Below are positions 28,666-37,871 of a stretch of DNA of 64,000 nt, piece by piece. Numbering within the stretch: position 1 is the first letter of the stretch; each line of letters starts with the position of its first letter. Origin of the DNA: Candidatus Woesearchaeota archaeon (lineage in GTDB: Archaea; Nanobdellota; Nanobdellia; SCGC-AAA011-G17; GW2011-AR18). The notes beneath the pieces were generated by a model, which was not told the origin of the DNA, made no database searches, and was given only the letters and a program-made list of their open reading frames with translations. The stretch is from positions 68,482-132,481 of the forward strand of contig JAGVZG010000001.1 in assembly GCA_018302765.1 (NCBI GenBank), in the 5' to 3' direction. The position numbers were made by a program, and so were the translations under genes.

Positions 28666-29193
28666 GTCAATTTTTAGAAATGTGGAAACAAGCTGAGAGA
28701 TGATACAGGGTGTTTTATGGGATGTACTTTATATTCTAATTCTACTTATTATAACTATGAAAACAAAAATTAAATTGGAGGTAAATAAAATGCACTTATG
28801 TCATGAAACTGAGGATTTTGTGATTGTTTCAAAAGATCTCAAAAGTTAATTTTATATAGGTATGGAAGACTTTCTAAAATTACGCCGAGGTCGCCTAACC
28901 TGGTATGGCACAGGATTGCTATATAATGGTTTGCAAATATCCTGCGTCCTCACGGACTTGTGGGTTCAAAAACCATTTAGCACTATCAATGATGTGGCTT
29001 AGTGCCTTTAGATGATTGATAGTCCCACCCTATAAAGGTTCATTTAGAATCTTTAGGTGAACGGCGTTTATAGTAACTGTGCTTAAGACCTCGGATAAAC
29101 TTTTTTAATAGATAAAAATGGTAAAATAAAAGATATTATTGATAAAATTAATTGTGAAACACATGGTAAAGATGTTTTGGAGATGTTTTAAAA

Positions 29194-29454
29194 ATGGGAA
29201 AAAAATATAGGGTTGAATTGGATAGAGAAGGTTGTATAGGTGCAGCAGCCTGCGTTGCTGTAGATTCTGATAATTGGATAATTGTTGAAGATGGAAAAGT
29301 TGATTTGAAAGATAGTATTAAAGATCAAAAAACTAGTTTTTTTGTAAGAGAAATTGATGAGTCTGAATTACAGAAATGGAAGGAAGCTGCTGAAGCTTGT
29401 CCTGTTACTGTAATACATATTGTTGATTTAGAAACTGGTAAGAGGATAATATGA
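29194..29454 (+). CDS. small ferredoxin-like protein (single-cluster 4Fe-4S/3Fe-4S type)
   Basis: CIGAAACVAV...EACP Cys pattern; 86 aa. Confidence 0.45.
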   Translation: MGKKYRVELDREGCIGAAACVAVDSDNWIIVEDGKVDLKDSIKDQKTSFFVREIDESELQKWKEAAEACPVTVIHIVDLETGKRII

Positions 29455-29651
29455 AAACTGAATGTCCCAAATGCAAAAGCAAGCACATTGATGCTGTTGA
29501 ATTAATGGGAAGTAAATTTCTAATATGTTTAAGTTGTGGTTATGATGAAAGTGAAAGTGTGTTAGATGTTTATCCAGAATCCAGGGGTGGAAAAGGCGGG
29601 AAAGGTACCCCTTATAAACGTGGTGGACCAATGAGAAGTGTAAAAAGATAA
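29451..29651 (+). CDS. small zinc-ribbon protein with Gly/Lys-rich basic tail
   Basis: CPKC...CLSCG (two CxxC pairs); the start overlaps the ferredoxin-like stop. Confidence 0.45.
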   Translation: MKTECPKCKSKHIDAVELMGSKFLICLSCGYDESESVLDVYPESRGGKGGKGTPYKRGGPMRSVKR

Positions 29652-29655
29652 TTTT

Positions 29656-30018
29656 TTATATTTTTACTCTAAAATGGAATTTTCTTCCTATATAATATCC
29701 TTTAAGATATGACTCTGAAGCCTCACTTGGGGAAATATTTATTAATCCGTCGTTTAATCCCCTAGAGAACTTAATGGCAGCAACGTCTTGTGTCCTTGCT
29801 TTGGCTAAATCTTGACCAGCTTGATATAGTTTTGATCCGTCACCACAACTTATATCTTGATTTGTATTCATTATTCTTTTATCATAAAATCCTTTAATAA
29901 TATATTCTATATTAATAAAAGTTAATTTATTTAAGATTGTGTCTAAAGAATTACTTGGTAATTGGTATTTTGTAGCAATGCGTTTTAAAGTTACTACTTC
30001 TTCATCTGCGCCAAACAT
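29656..30018 (-). CDS. hypothetical protein
   Basis: 120-aa ORF downstream of trpS on the same strand. Confidence 0.4.
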   Translation of the reverse strand: MFGADEEVVTLKRIATKYQLPSNSLDTILNKLTFINIEYIIKGFYDKRIMNTNQDISCGDGSKLYQAGQDLAKARTQDVAAIKFSRGLNDGLINISPSEASESYLKGYYIGRKFHFRVKI

Positions 30019-30055
30019 AAATCATCAATTTTTTCTTTACTTTTTAAATATTTAG

Positions 30056-31186
30056 TTATTTCATCATATTATTTTTATAAATAAATTTGTCAATTTGCTT
30101 TTTTGCCAATTCTCTTTTTCTTTGATGTTCTTTTAGAAAAGAATTTATTTTTTCAATTAATATTTCTTTCAGTTCTCCTGTTAATAATTTTCCTGATTTG
30201 TAATCGTAGTAAATTTTTTCTAGTTTTTTATCATCAGGTTCAAACAACATTCTTAACCATTGGTAGCTTATATCTATTTCTGGATTGCCGCCTTTTTTTC
30301 TGTGTTCCTCTACTGTTGCTTGACCGCCTGAAAATGCGTACTTTCTGATTTTTTTAGCTACTACTTCAGGCGGATCTATTGTGTGTAGTGCAGATGATTC
30401 TTCTGATGATGACATTTTTCCACTTGATCCTGTTAGTGATGGCAAGAACATGCACTGAATACTTGCTGGTTTGTAATAACCTAATTTTGGTAGAATATCT
30501 CTTGTAATTCTGAAATGTGGATCTTGATCGATGGCATGTGGTATTAAACAAGGGATATTTTTATTTTTTATAACTGAAGGTAGGAATGCTGGAACAGTTT
30601 GCATTGAAGTATAAAATATGGCACCTATATTTGTTTGTTCATTTAATCCAAAAGAGGATTTAACCATAGAAAATGTTATTTTTTTAGCGATTTTGCATGC
30701 TTCTTTATACATTAAGTCAGCATGTTTTGTATCAACTAAGAATTTTGTTTTTTTCTGATCAAAACCAATAGCAATAACGTCTAGCATATTTTCATGTAAA
30801 TATTTTTCTGTATCTTCAGATGTTAATTCTTGTTTGAATAAAAATTTTTCTTCATCTGGAAATTGGAACCACAATTCCGCATCAAATTGGTCTTGCAACC
30901 ACTTTGTGAACAACCAAGGCATTAAATGTCCTAAATGTACATTACCAGATGGAGCCCTGCCACTATATAAGTAAAATTTATTTCCTTTTTCGTATTCGTT
31001 AAGCAGCCAATTTAAATCTCTATGAGCAAAGAATACTTTTCTTCTTAACATGAAATGTAGATCTTTTGTGTGTTTTTTTATTCTTGTTAGGATTTCATCA
31101 TTAATTTTTTCAACGCCAAATTCCTTGATTAATCTGTCGTAATCAACTTCCCCTTTTACATCCCATGGAGTTACTGTGAAATTCAT
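30056..31186 (-). CDS. trpS: tryptophanyl-tRNA synthetase (archaeal/eukaryotic type)
   Basis: Class I HIGH-type motif PSGNVHLGHL and KMSSS (KMSKS variant typical of TrpRS); 376 aa. Confidence 0.75.
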   Translation of the reverse strand: MNFTVTPWDVKGEVDYDRLIKEFGVEKINDEILTRIKKHTKDLHFMLRRKVFFAHRDLNWLLNEYEKGNKFYLYSGRAPSGNVHLGHLMPWLFTKWLQDQFDAELWFQFPDEEKFLFKQELTSEDTEKYLHENMLDVIAIGFDQKKTKFLVDTKHADLMYKEACKIAKKITFSMVKSSFGLNEQTNIGAIFYTSMQTVPAFLPSVIKNKNIPCLIPHAIDQDPHFRITRDILPKLGYYKPASIQCMFLPSLTGSSGKMSSSEESSALHTIDPPEVVAKKIRKYAFSGGQATVEEHRKKGGNPEIDISYQWLRMLFEPDDKKLEKIYYDYKSGKLLTGELKEILIEKINSFLKEHQRKRELAKKQIDKFIYKNNMMK

Positions 31187-31282
31187 ACAAGAATTGGTTT
31201 TAGCTTATTTTTAATTTTATTGTTTTACTTTTTAATGGTGTTAATATGCTTTTGAAGCTAGTTTTATAAGTTTTTTGTATTT

Positions 31283-32281
31283 TTGTTATTTATGGTTTAT
31301 AAAGAAGCAGCAAATATGCACACTGTAGGAGATGGCGAAATACCTTATTTAATTATTAGGCTATTAAACGGTAGAGGAAGCCTTAAGAATTTAGACATTA
31401 ATGCAGTGATATGTTCTCCTTTAGAAAGTCAACATAGTGATATAATTAGAACTGGAGGACTAAATGCTATTAATTGTGTTTATTCTGATTTAAGTCCTGA
31501 TTATATAAGAATGAAAATTGCAGAGAAGGGCAACTATAAATTTAATGTTCTTTTGGTTTTTCCCGGTGGTCCTGTTGTTGATTCTTTTATGTATGATAAA
31601 GTTTCTTCTGCTTTGGAAATATCAATGGAAGAAATTCAAATGCCTATTAATCTAATTGTTTCTGATGATACAATACTTAATGATAGAGCTTTTGTTCCTA
31701 CTGATGTTGAATTTATATTGAGATACGGATATAAATATTTTGTTGGAAAAAAAGAATATGAAAAATTTGATTTAGACGTTCCTGATAAATTAAAAGCCAG
31801 ATTTGCAAACAACTTGTCTGCTGTAAGAGCTAATTTATTAACTTCTAGACATTACTTAGCTTATAATGAAGAAAAGTTCTATGAAAATTTTAAAGAATCT
31901 GTGCGTATTGCAATTGGCTCTATAGGCCTTATGACATCAATACTCAGAAGTGACGGCCACAACATACCTGACGTTAAATTACTAAGCAACTTAAAAACAT
32001 ATCTTGGCGAATTAGACTTTAGTGGGCTTATTGAATTAGTTGATGAAGGTAAATTAGACCACAATTACAATCACTTAAGAGGAAGAGCTGACGAAGTGTT
32101 AAAATATTCTAAGGTTTGTGTTAACATTTTGGAAAACTTAGTAAGATCTTATTTGAGAACTTATAGAGTTGACAGTGATATTTATGAACAATTTCTTGTT
32201 ACTAGATGTTCTGCAGAAAGACTTGTTGGGCTACAAGCATTTAGGGGAAATTCTCTGCAGCATTTAGAGTGCAGAATTTAG
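31283..32281 (+). CDS. hypothetical protein
   Basis: 332-aa ORF. Confidence 0.45.
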   Translation: MLFMVYKEAANMHTVGDGEIPYLIIRLLNGRGSLKNLDINAVICSPLESQHSDIIRTGGLNAINCVYSDLSPDYIRMKIAEKGNYKFNVLLVFPGGPVVDSFMYDKVSSALEISMEEIQMPINLIVSDDTILNDRAFVPTDVEFILRYGYKYFVGKKEYEKFDLDVPDKLKARFANNLSAVRANLLTSRHYLAYNEEKFYENFKESVRIAIGSIGLMTSILRSDGHNIPDVKLLSNLKTYLGELDFSGLIELVDEGKLDHNYNHLRGRADEVLKYSKVCVNILENLVRSYLRTYRVDSDIYEQFLVTRCSAERLVGLQAFRGNSLQHLECRI

Positions 32282-32511
32282 TAAATTTTATTATTTTGTA
32301 GTTATTTTATTTTTTGTGAGCACTTTCAGATTTATCAGAACGGCCCCAATTGTTAATATAAAATAATAAGCATTGCTGGGGAAAGATGCTGTGCGCAGGA
32401 GTTGCGGCTACAAAAAGCTTCGTTATTAAATTGCTGTTTTTGATAAATGCTGCAAAATAGAAATCTTTATAAGTATGTTACTACTTTAGGGATGTTACGG
32501 AGTTTTGAATT

Positions 32512-33774
32512 ATGTCTATTAAAAATTGGACAATAGGTGGCCTTGGTGCACTTGTTTTAGGACTTGCTGCTTCTTCTTTAACTTGTAAGCCTTGCAATGA
32601 TTTAGCAAGAAAAGTTAGTGGTAAAGAACTTCCTTTATTTGGTCGTGTTAATGGAAATACGCAAAACAAAAATCCTGCTCCTTTGCCTAAGCCTCATGTT
32701 GCAGATGACGAACCTGCTGCTGACGAAGGTAGTAGTGATGATAGTTCTGAAAAAACTACAGAATCTGCAGAAGTAGAATCAAAAAGTTCTGGTTCATCAG
32801 ACGCAGATTCTTCTTCTAAAAAACCTAGTTTTGTTAAAGTTGGCAATGTTGGAAATAAAGACGTATTCAAATATGACTTAGGTAAAGTTAGGGATGGAGA
32901 GGGTTCATTTTTGTACGCTGTTAGATTTAATAAATGGGACGACAGTTCTGAAGGAGACACCTATAAAAAAGTTGGTCAAAATGATGTTTACAATAATAAA
33001 AATTGTAAGCCACAGAAAAATTTTATGAAAGGTATGCCTGCTTATGTTTGTGTTCTTCCTAATAATGGGGAAAGTGGAGACACTCCTGGAGATGCTGGTG
33101 ATCGTGCTCCAAATAATGTTGAAGTGAGGTCAGATTCTGGTGCAGTTGCAACAACAGATCCTACATCTACTCGAACTTTGCACGTAGCAATAGAACGTCC
33201 AAGTTCTCCAGATCTTGGTTCAGATTCTGGCGTAGGCAGTTCTGGAACAATTGAATTAGTTGTTAATCCTTATGCTAATGCTACTGAGACAGCAACTCCT
33301 GCTGAGAGTGGCGACTCTGAAGATGATAGTTCTGGCGATACTTACGATGAAGATGCTGCTGGCACTTCTGGTCGTCGTGATTATACTGACCCTTTTGGCG
33401 TTGTTTTGTCTGGCGACCCAGTTGCAGCACAATATGGCACTGCAATAATAAGTGGTTTTAATGAAGCTTATCAAGATAAATATAGGACTAAGAACAGCGG
33501 TAAATGCTTAAGTGTAAATATTGGTTTAGAATACGCTGTTGGAGCAAAAGGCGAACTTGTTAGTATAAGGGGATATTTTTGTGGGGACTTAGAATCATGC
33601 GCTGGAAGAGGAAAACTTTATTTGGATCAACCTCATGATTCTAGTTTAGATGAAAATTTTACTTTTGGAAGAGAGCTGATTAAGGTAATAAGAGTAGAGA
33701 ATTCTAAAAGGCCACTTGTTTCTGTCAAAAGAGGAAACTACGTAGGTTCTATAATTGAATTTGGTTGTGAATGA
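32512..33774 (+). CDS. secreted protein P3: signal/TM N-terminus, acidic Ser/Asp/Glu-rich low-complexity linkers, FKY/CKPQ/AYVC domain (paralog family)
   Basis: N-terminal hydrophobic segment GGLGALVLGLAASSL. The KKPSFVKVGNVG...VFKY...VYNNKNCKPQKNFMKGMPAYVCVLP domain matches the C-terminus of the 15725 protein. Confidence 0.55.
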   Translation: MSIKNWTIGGLGALVLGLAASSLTCKPCNDLARKVSGKELPLFGRVNGNTQNKNPAPLPKPHVADDEPAADEGSSDDSSEKTTESAEVESKSSGSSDADSSSKKPSFVKVGNVGNKDVFKYDLGKVRDGEGSFLYAVRFNKWDDSSEGDTYKKVGQNDVYNNKNCKPQKNFMKGMPAYVCVLPNNGESGDTPGDAGDRAPNNVEVRSDSGAVATTDPTSTRTLHVAIERPSSPDLGSDSGVGSSGTIELVVNPYANATETATPAESGDSEDDSSGDTYDEDAAGTSGRRDYTDPFGVVLSGDPVAAQYGTAIISGFNEAYQDKYRTKNSGKCLSVNIGLEYAVGAKGELVSIRGYFCGDLESCAGRGKLYLDQPHDSSLDENFTFGRELIKVIRVENSKRPLVSVKRGNYVGSIIEFGCE

Positions 33775-33829
33775 TAAGTTTTAAATAGTAGTAATCACTC
33801 TTGTGTGATAACACCATTGGGAGGAGTAA

Positions 33830-36061
33830 ATGTCTTTAAGATCACTACTATATGCAGCGCTTTTTTTATTTATTGGCAGTGCTGAAACTAACGTTGATGC
33901 TGCTAGAAAACCTAGGTCAGAGAGAACAGCGTTTTCTAAAATAAAAGAAAAGGGTAATGTACATGTTTTTAAGTACAGAGTATCTAGTGGTGAAAAAGAC
34001 AGTGATATTGCTTTGAAATTTGGGATTTGGGACAGAGGCCAAGGCAGTTTGTATGAAACAGTTACTTCTGCAAGCGTTACTGGCGACCCTTCTTGTAAAC
34101 CTCAACTTCTTAAAAAAGAAAACATTGCTTATGTTTGCGCTAATAGAAAACTACGTGTAGTGCCTAATGATTTCAAAGGGCCTTCTATTGAATTTATAGA
34201 TTTGTTTGATACTCCTTATTGGGGTTCTTTGTTGAAGGTTACAAAGAGTTTTGGTCCTGATGGATTTCCAGTTCACACTGTTGATTTAAATATAACTGCA
34301 AGAGAAAAAATAAATGTTAATTCTAGGAGAAGTGCTTATGCTTATAGAGGTTCACATGATTTGGAAAGTATAACTATTTTTGCTTTTGATAGAGATGCTG
34401 AGAGAGATCTTACTTTATGTCCAGAAAAAGTCTATGAGTTTAAGTATGACGAGCTAGTTACTTTGCCTAATTGCATTACTGATGGTTCTTATGGTATTTT
34501 GGCAGCTTTAGAACATTTTGCTAAGTTTGAGTATGGCGTTTTAGATAAATATACAGAAACTGTTCCGCCAGGATTAGCAGGTTTTAAGGCTGGAAGATTA
34601 GTTAAACCATCTGCAGAACTTGCACCAGCTCCGATAATATTTATAACTCCTCCACCTTCTCCAACACCTTTAGTTCCAGTTCCAGTTTCAACAATACCAG
34701 CAGCTCCTAGTGGTTCAAGTGCTTCATCTTCTGCTACTACAACAGTTCATTCTCCACCTATTAGTTTCAAAGCTAGAAGACCAGGACCTGGTTCAGCTGT
34801 ACCTTCAGTTGGTTCAGGAATTTCAACAATACCAGCAGCTCCTAGTGGTTCAAGTGCTTCATCTTCTGCTACTACAACAGTTCCTTCTCCACCTATTAGT
34901 TTCAAAGCTAGAAGACCAGGACCTGGTTCAGCTGTACCTTCAGTTCCAGCTTCGGTTTCTGTTTTTAGCGGTTGGACTGATACCGCTTTAGGTTCAAGCA
35001 CTGAATCTTGTAGTGCCTGCGCATCAACAAACTCAGTACAATTTGTAGGAGGAGTTAGAGTTCGTGGCTTGTTAAGTAACGTTGAATTTAATAGCAACAC
35101 AGGTTTAGAATCTTCTTATGGTTTTATTGGTGGAGATTTACGTTTAGTTTTGGGTGGGGGTGTTGGGAATAATTATTTAGCAGTTTCTGCAGCTGCTGGA
35201 TTAAGAAAAGTTGGCGTAGATGGATTATTAAGTAAAAGGCTTTTGGACTTTGGTGACAATAGTAATACAACTCATGTAGAAGTTGGACCGTCTGGAAGAT
35301 TACATTTAGCTAAAGGAAATAAATTGGAAGTTGATGCTGTACTTAATCCTGCTTTTTTATATAGTAGAGAGCGTGTAAATAATTTTGGCGGAAATAGTTT
35401 CTTAGAGGAAGGTAAAGGGCTTAGGATAAATGGCAGTGTAGCTTTACCTCGTCTCTTATTTAATGGAGAAAAATTTGCTTGGGGTTTATACGGTGATTTT
35501 GATTTAGAGGCATTGAGACTAAAGCAAACTAATCTGAATAGTGGACAGGAAACTTTGTTTGGCTGGAGAACTAGAGGATCTTATGGCGGAGGCAGTTCTT
35601 TTAGTTTTGATGCTTTAGGAACAGACGTTAATATTGGTGTTGGATTTAGGACGCACCATAATTATAATTTAGCTTTAAGAAGTAATTTATCTCCTAATGA
35701 TTTAAAGTGGTTACAATACAGACAACAGAGAGGTTTTATACTTGATTTAAGTGATCTTACTGTAGGTGATTCTAGAGGGTATACTTTAGACCCAGCTTTA
35801 ACTATTGAAAATGATAGGTTTTATTTAAGACTTGAAGGACAAGTATCTATTTATGGAAATGTAAGGAGAGGGGGATTTTGCTTAAATACTGGTGGCAAAA
35901 CCAGAGGTGGTTTATACATTGGTAGTGGGTTTTGTTACAGTGATATTACTCAAGAATCTGAAGCAGGCAGTGCCAGAAGCAGGGGAGGATCAGTTAATAT
36001 TACTTTAGGAAGTCCCAGTATTAAATTAAATCCAAGAATTGATCAGGCAGACATAAGATAA
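33830..36061 (+). CDS. secreted protein P4: signal peptide, divergent FKY/CKPQ/AYVC domain, Pro/Ser-rich region with tandem ISFKARRP-containing repeat, Gly/aromatic-rich beta-strand-like C-terminal domain
   Basis: Signal peptide LLYAALFLFIGSA. Motifs VFKY...SCKPQ...IAYVCA are present. SPPISFKARRPGPGSAVPSV appears twice. The C-terminal ~350 aa shows alternating hydrophobic/polar residues rich in G, N, R, Y and F. Confidence 0.55.
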   Translation: MSLRSLLYAALFLFIGSAETNVDAARKPRSERTAFSKIKEKGNVHVFKYRVSSGEKDSDIALKFGIWDRGQGSLYETVTSASVTGDPSCKPQLLKKENIAYVCANRKLRVVPNDFKGPSIEFIDLFDTPYWGSLLKVTKSFGPDGFPVHTVDLNITAREKINVNSRRSAYAYRGSHDLESITIFAFDRDAERDLTLCPEKVYEFKYDELVTLPNCITDGSYGILAALEHFAKFEYGVLDKYTETVPPGLAGFKAGRLVKPSAELAPAPIIFITPPPSPTPLVPVPVSTIPAAPSGSSASSSATTTVHSPPISFKARRPGPGSAVPSVGSGISTIPAAPSGSSASSSATTTVPSPPISFKARRPGPGSAVPSVPASVSVFSGWTDTALGSSTESCSACASTNSVQFVGGVRVRGLLSNVEFNSNTGLESSYGFIGGDLRLVLGGGVGNNYLAVSAAAGLRKVGVDGLLSKRLLDFGDNSNTTHVEVGPSGRLHLAKGNKLEVDAVLNPAFLYSRERVNNFGGNSFLEEGKGLRINGSVALPRLLFNGEKFAWGLYGDFDLEALRLKQTNLNSGQETLFGWRTRGSYGGGSSFSFDALGTDVNIGVGFRTHHNYNLALRSNLSPNDLKWLQYRQQRGFILDLSDLTVGDSRGYTLDPALTIENDRFYLRLEGQVSIYGNVRRGGFCLNTGGKTRGGLYIGSGFCYSDITQESEAGSARSRGGSVNITLGSPSIKLNPRIDQADIR
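34688..34945 (+). repeat. near-perfect tandem duplication: two 123-bp units separated by 12 bp (period 135 bp) inside the P4 coding sequence
   Basis: Units 34688-34810 and 34823-34945 differ at about one base (cattct vs ccttct). Each encodes STIPAAPSGSSASSSATTTV[H/P]SPPISFKARRPGPGSAVPSV. Confidence 0.85.
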
Positions 36062-36091
36062 ATTTTTATAGCTTTAATTTTTTAAAAAATC

Positions 36092-36565
36092 ATGATATTT
36101 TCTATTATAGTTATTTTGGGATGCTTTTTTGGATATTTAATAGCTAGGCTTACAAAGGAGGAATTGAAGAAAGGCTTGGTTTATTTTAAAATATTAGAAC
36201 TTTTTATTTTGGCTTTGTTGCCTTTTATATTTTTATATCATTCTTTTAATATTTTCTTTTTTATTTTAGGAATGTTATTTGGATTTGTTTTTAGATACGA
36301 ATATTTTTATTTTGGTGTTGGTTTTTTTTCTAGTTTTCTGAATAAAGACTTAAATTTTTTAACTTCTTCTTTGATTTTTATTTACGGTCTGCCTTATGGA
36401 AGCGTATTATTTTTTGTTAAGAAATTTAGAATGTTGTTTTATAATGTTGTTTTATTTTTTATACCATTTTTAATTTATTATCTGAATTATGATTTTTTGT
36501 CTTTCTCTGCTGGGGGCTTGTTAGTATTGTTTTTCATGAATTTTTATAGGCTTTTTAATAAATGA
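36092..36565 (+). CDS. Phe-rich small integral membrane protein
   Basis: 157 aa with 4-5 hydrophobic segments; immediately downstream of P4. Confidence 0.4.
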   Translation: MIFSIIVILGCFFGYLIARLTKEELKKGLVYFKILELFILALLPFIFLYHSFNIFFFILGMLFGFVFRYEYFYFGVGFFSSFLNKDLNFLTSSLIFIYGLPYGSVLFFVKKFRMLFYNVVLFFIPFLIYYLNYDFLSFSAGGLLVLFFMNFYRLFNK

Positions 36566-36632
36566 ATATACTTTATGAAATTTATATTGAATTTACAAAA
36601 TTTTTATAAGTTAAATATCTAAGAATTATTAA

Positions 36633-37091
36633 ATGGGATTTAAAGCAAGAGTTATTTTGCCTGAAAATAGACCGCCTGGCAGGGCTTATATTCATTACCT
36701 TGGAATGAACGAAGTTTATGGCTCTGTTAAATCAGCTTATAATTATTTGTTTTTTGCTCTTTCAAAGCATGGTGATAAATTATTGACTTTTGATTTCTTT
36801 TTGGCTAATGTTTGGGGAGATATTAAAGAGGACAAGAAGGTTATAGATTTTTTTGGCTATAAAGATATTAAAGTATGGGGCAATAGTAATCCAAGTGCAA
36901 TTCCATTTCAAGTTGTAAATGGGGATTATTTTCCAGATGGAATTATCACTTGCGAAGATACTCTTATTGCTTTTGGTAGAGAAGGTGAATTTAGGAGAAA
37001 AACTAATAATCTAGATGAGTTTATGAGAAATTATCCAAGTGATATTGGCGGTTTAGAAAAAGGAATAATTACTATTTATCCTAGAAAATAG
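36633..37091 (+). CDS. hypothetical protein
   Basis: 152-aa ORF. Confidence 0.4.
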   Translation: MGFKARVILPENRPPGRAYIHYLGMNEVYGSVKSAYNYLFFALSKHGDKLLTFDFFLANVWGDIKEDKKVIDFFGYKDIKVWGNSNPSAIPFQVVNGDYFPDGIITCEDTLIAFGREGEFRRKTNNLDEFMRNYPSDIGGLEKGIITIYPRK

Positions 37092-37127
37092 CACTAATCT
37101 TATAAACTTTCTTGAAGTTTTATTTTT

Positions 37128-37871
37128 ATGTTATACTTAATTGGACTAGGATTGGGAGATGAGAAGGATTTAACTCTTAATTCTCTGGACGTTATTAAAA
37201 ACTGCAGTTTTGTTTACTTAGAAAATTATACTTCTTTTTTAGTATTTGATGTTAAGAAATTAGAATCTTTAATTGGCAAAAATGTTATTTTAGCAGAAAG
37301 GGAGTTTGTTGAAACCAGTGATGAAATGATTAACAATGCTTTAAATTCTGATGTTGCATTTTTAGTAAAAGGTGATGTTTTTTCCGCAACAACGCATGTG
37401 GACTTGTTTTTGAGAGCAGTTCATCATGGCATTAGGTGTAGTGTTTTGCATAATTCTTCCGTGCTTACAGCTGTAAGTGATACTGGATTAAGCTTATATA
37501 AATTTGGAAGAGTTGTTTCTATACCTTTTGATTATAATAATGTTTACAGTTCTTATGAAACATTTTTAAGCAACGGAGATTCACATACACTTTTCTTACT
37601 AGACTTAAAACCCAGTGAGAATAAATTCATGAACTTTAAAGACGGATTTAATTATTTATTAAATAAAAGTGGAGAAAGAAATGACAGTAGAATTGGCCTT
37701 GACACTATGTGTGTTGTTTGCGCAGCATTAGGAACTGATAAGGCTGTTATAAAATATGGCAAGATCTGTGACTTATTAAATTTTAATATTGATGCTTACC
37801 CGCAGTGCATTATAATTCCTGGCAAGACGCATTTTGTTGAAGAAGAAGTTCTTAATTTATTTAGACTATAA
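37128..37871 (+). CDS. dph5: diphthine synthase
   Basis: MLYLIGLGLGDEKDLT at the N-terminus, and a tetrapyrrole-methylase fold pattern characteristic of Dph5; 247 aa. Confidence 0.8.
   Translation: MLYLIGLGLGDEKDLTLNSLDVIKNCSFVYLENYTSFLVFDVKKLESLIGKNVILAEREFVETSDEMINNALNSDVAFLVKGDVFSATTHVDLFLRAVHHGIRCSVLHNSSVLTAVSDTGLSLYKFGRVVSIPFDYNNVYSSYETFLSNGDSHTLFLLDLKPSENKFMNFKDGFNYLLNKSGERNDSRIGLDTMCVVCAALGTDKAVIKYGKICDLLNFNIDAYPQCIIIPGKTHFVEEEVLNLFRL

Noticed and set aside
28860-29100. RNase P RNA or SRP RNA in the GC-rich ORF-free stretch
   Set aside because: Only fragmentary resemblances (GGCTTA, AAGTCC on opposite strands) were found. The universal conserved regions are not present on one consistent strand. 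This was left as an unassigned candidate ncRNA instead.
34710-35100. ORFs 34710-34991 (+) and 34747-35100 (-) overlapping the P4 Pro/Ser-rich region
   Set aside because: They are alternative-frame artefacts of the tandem repeat. The P4 frame is supported by the signal peptide, the conserved domain and the length.
35000-36061. Interpretation of the P4 beta-strand-rich C-terminus as an outer-membrane porin implying a bacterial origin of the contig
   Set aside because: The translation and RNA-processing genes in the same window (aEF-1alpha, S10, RtcB/archease, Dph5, archaeal TrpRS, intron-containing tRNA) are unambiguously archaeal. The domain is more parsimoniously a surface beta-sheet or HGT-derived module than evidence of a diderm bacterium.
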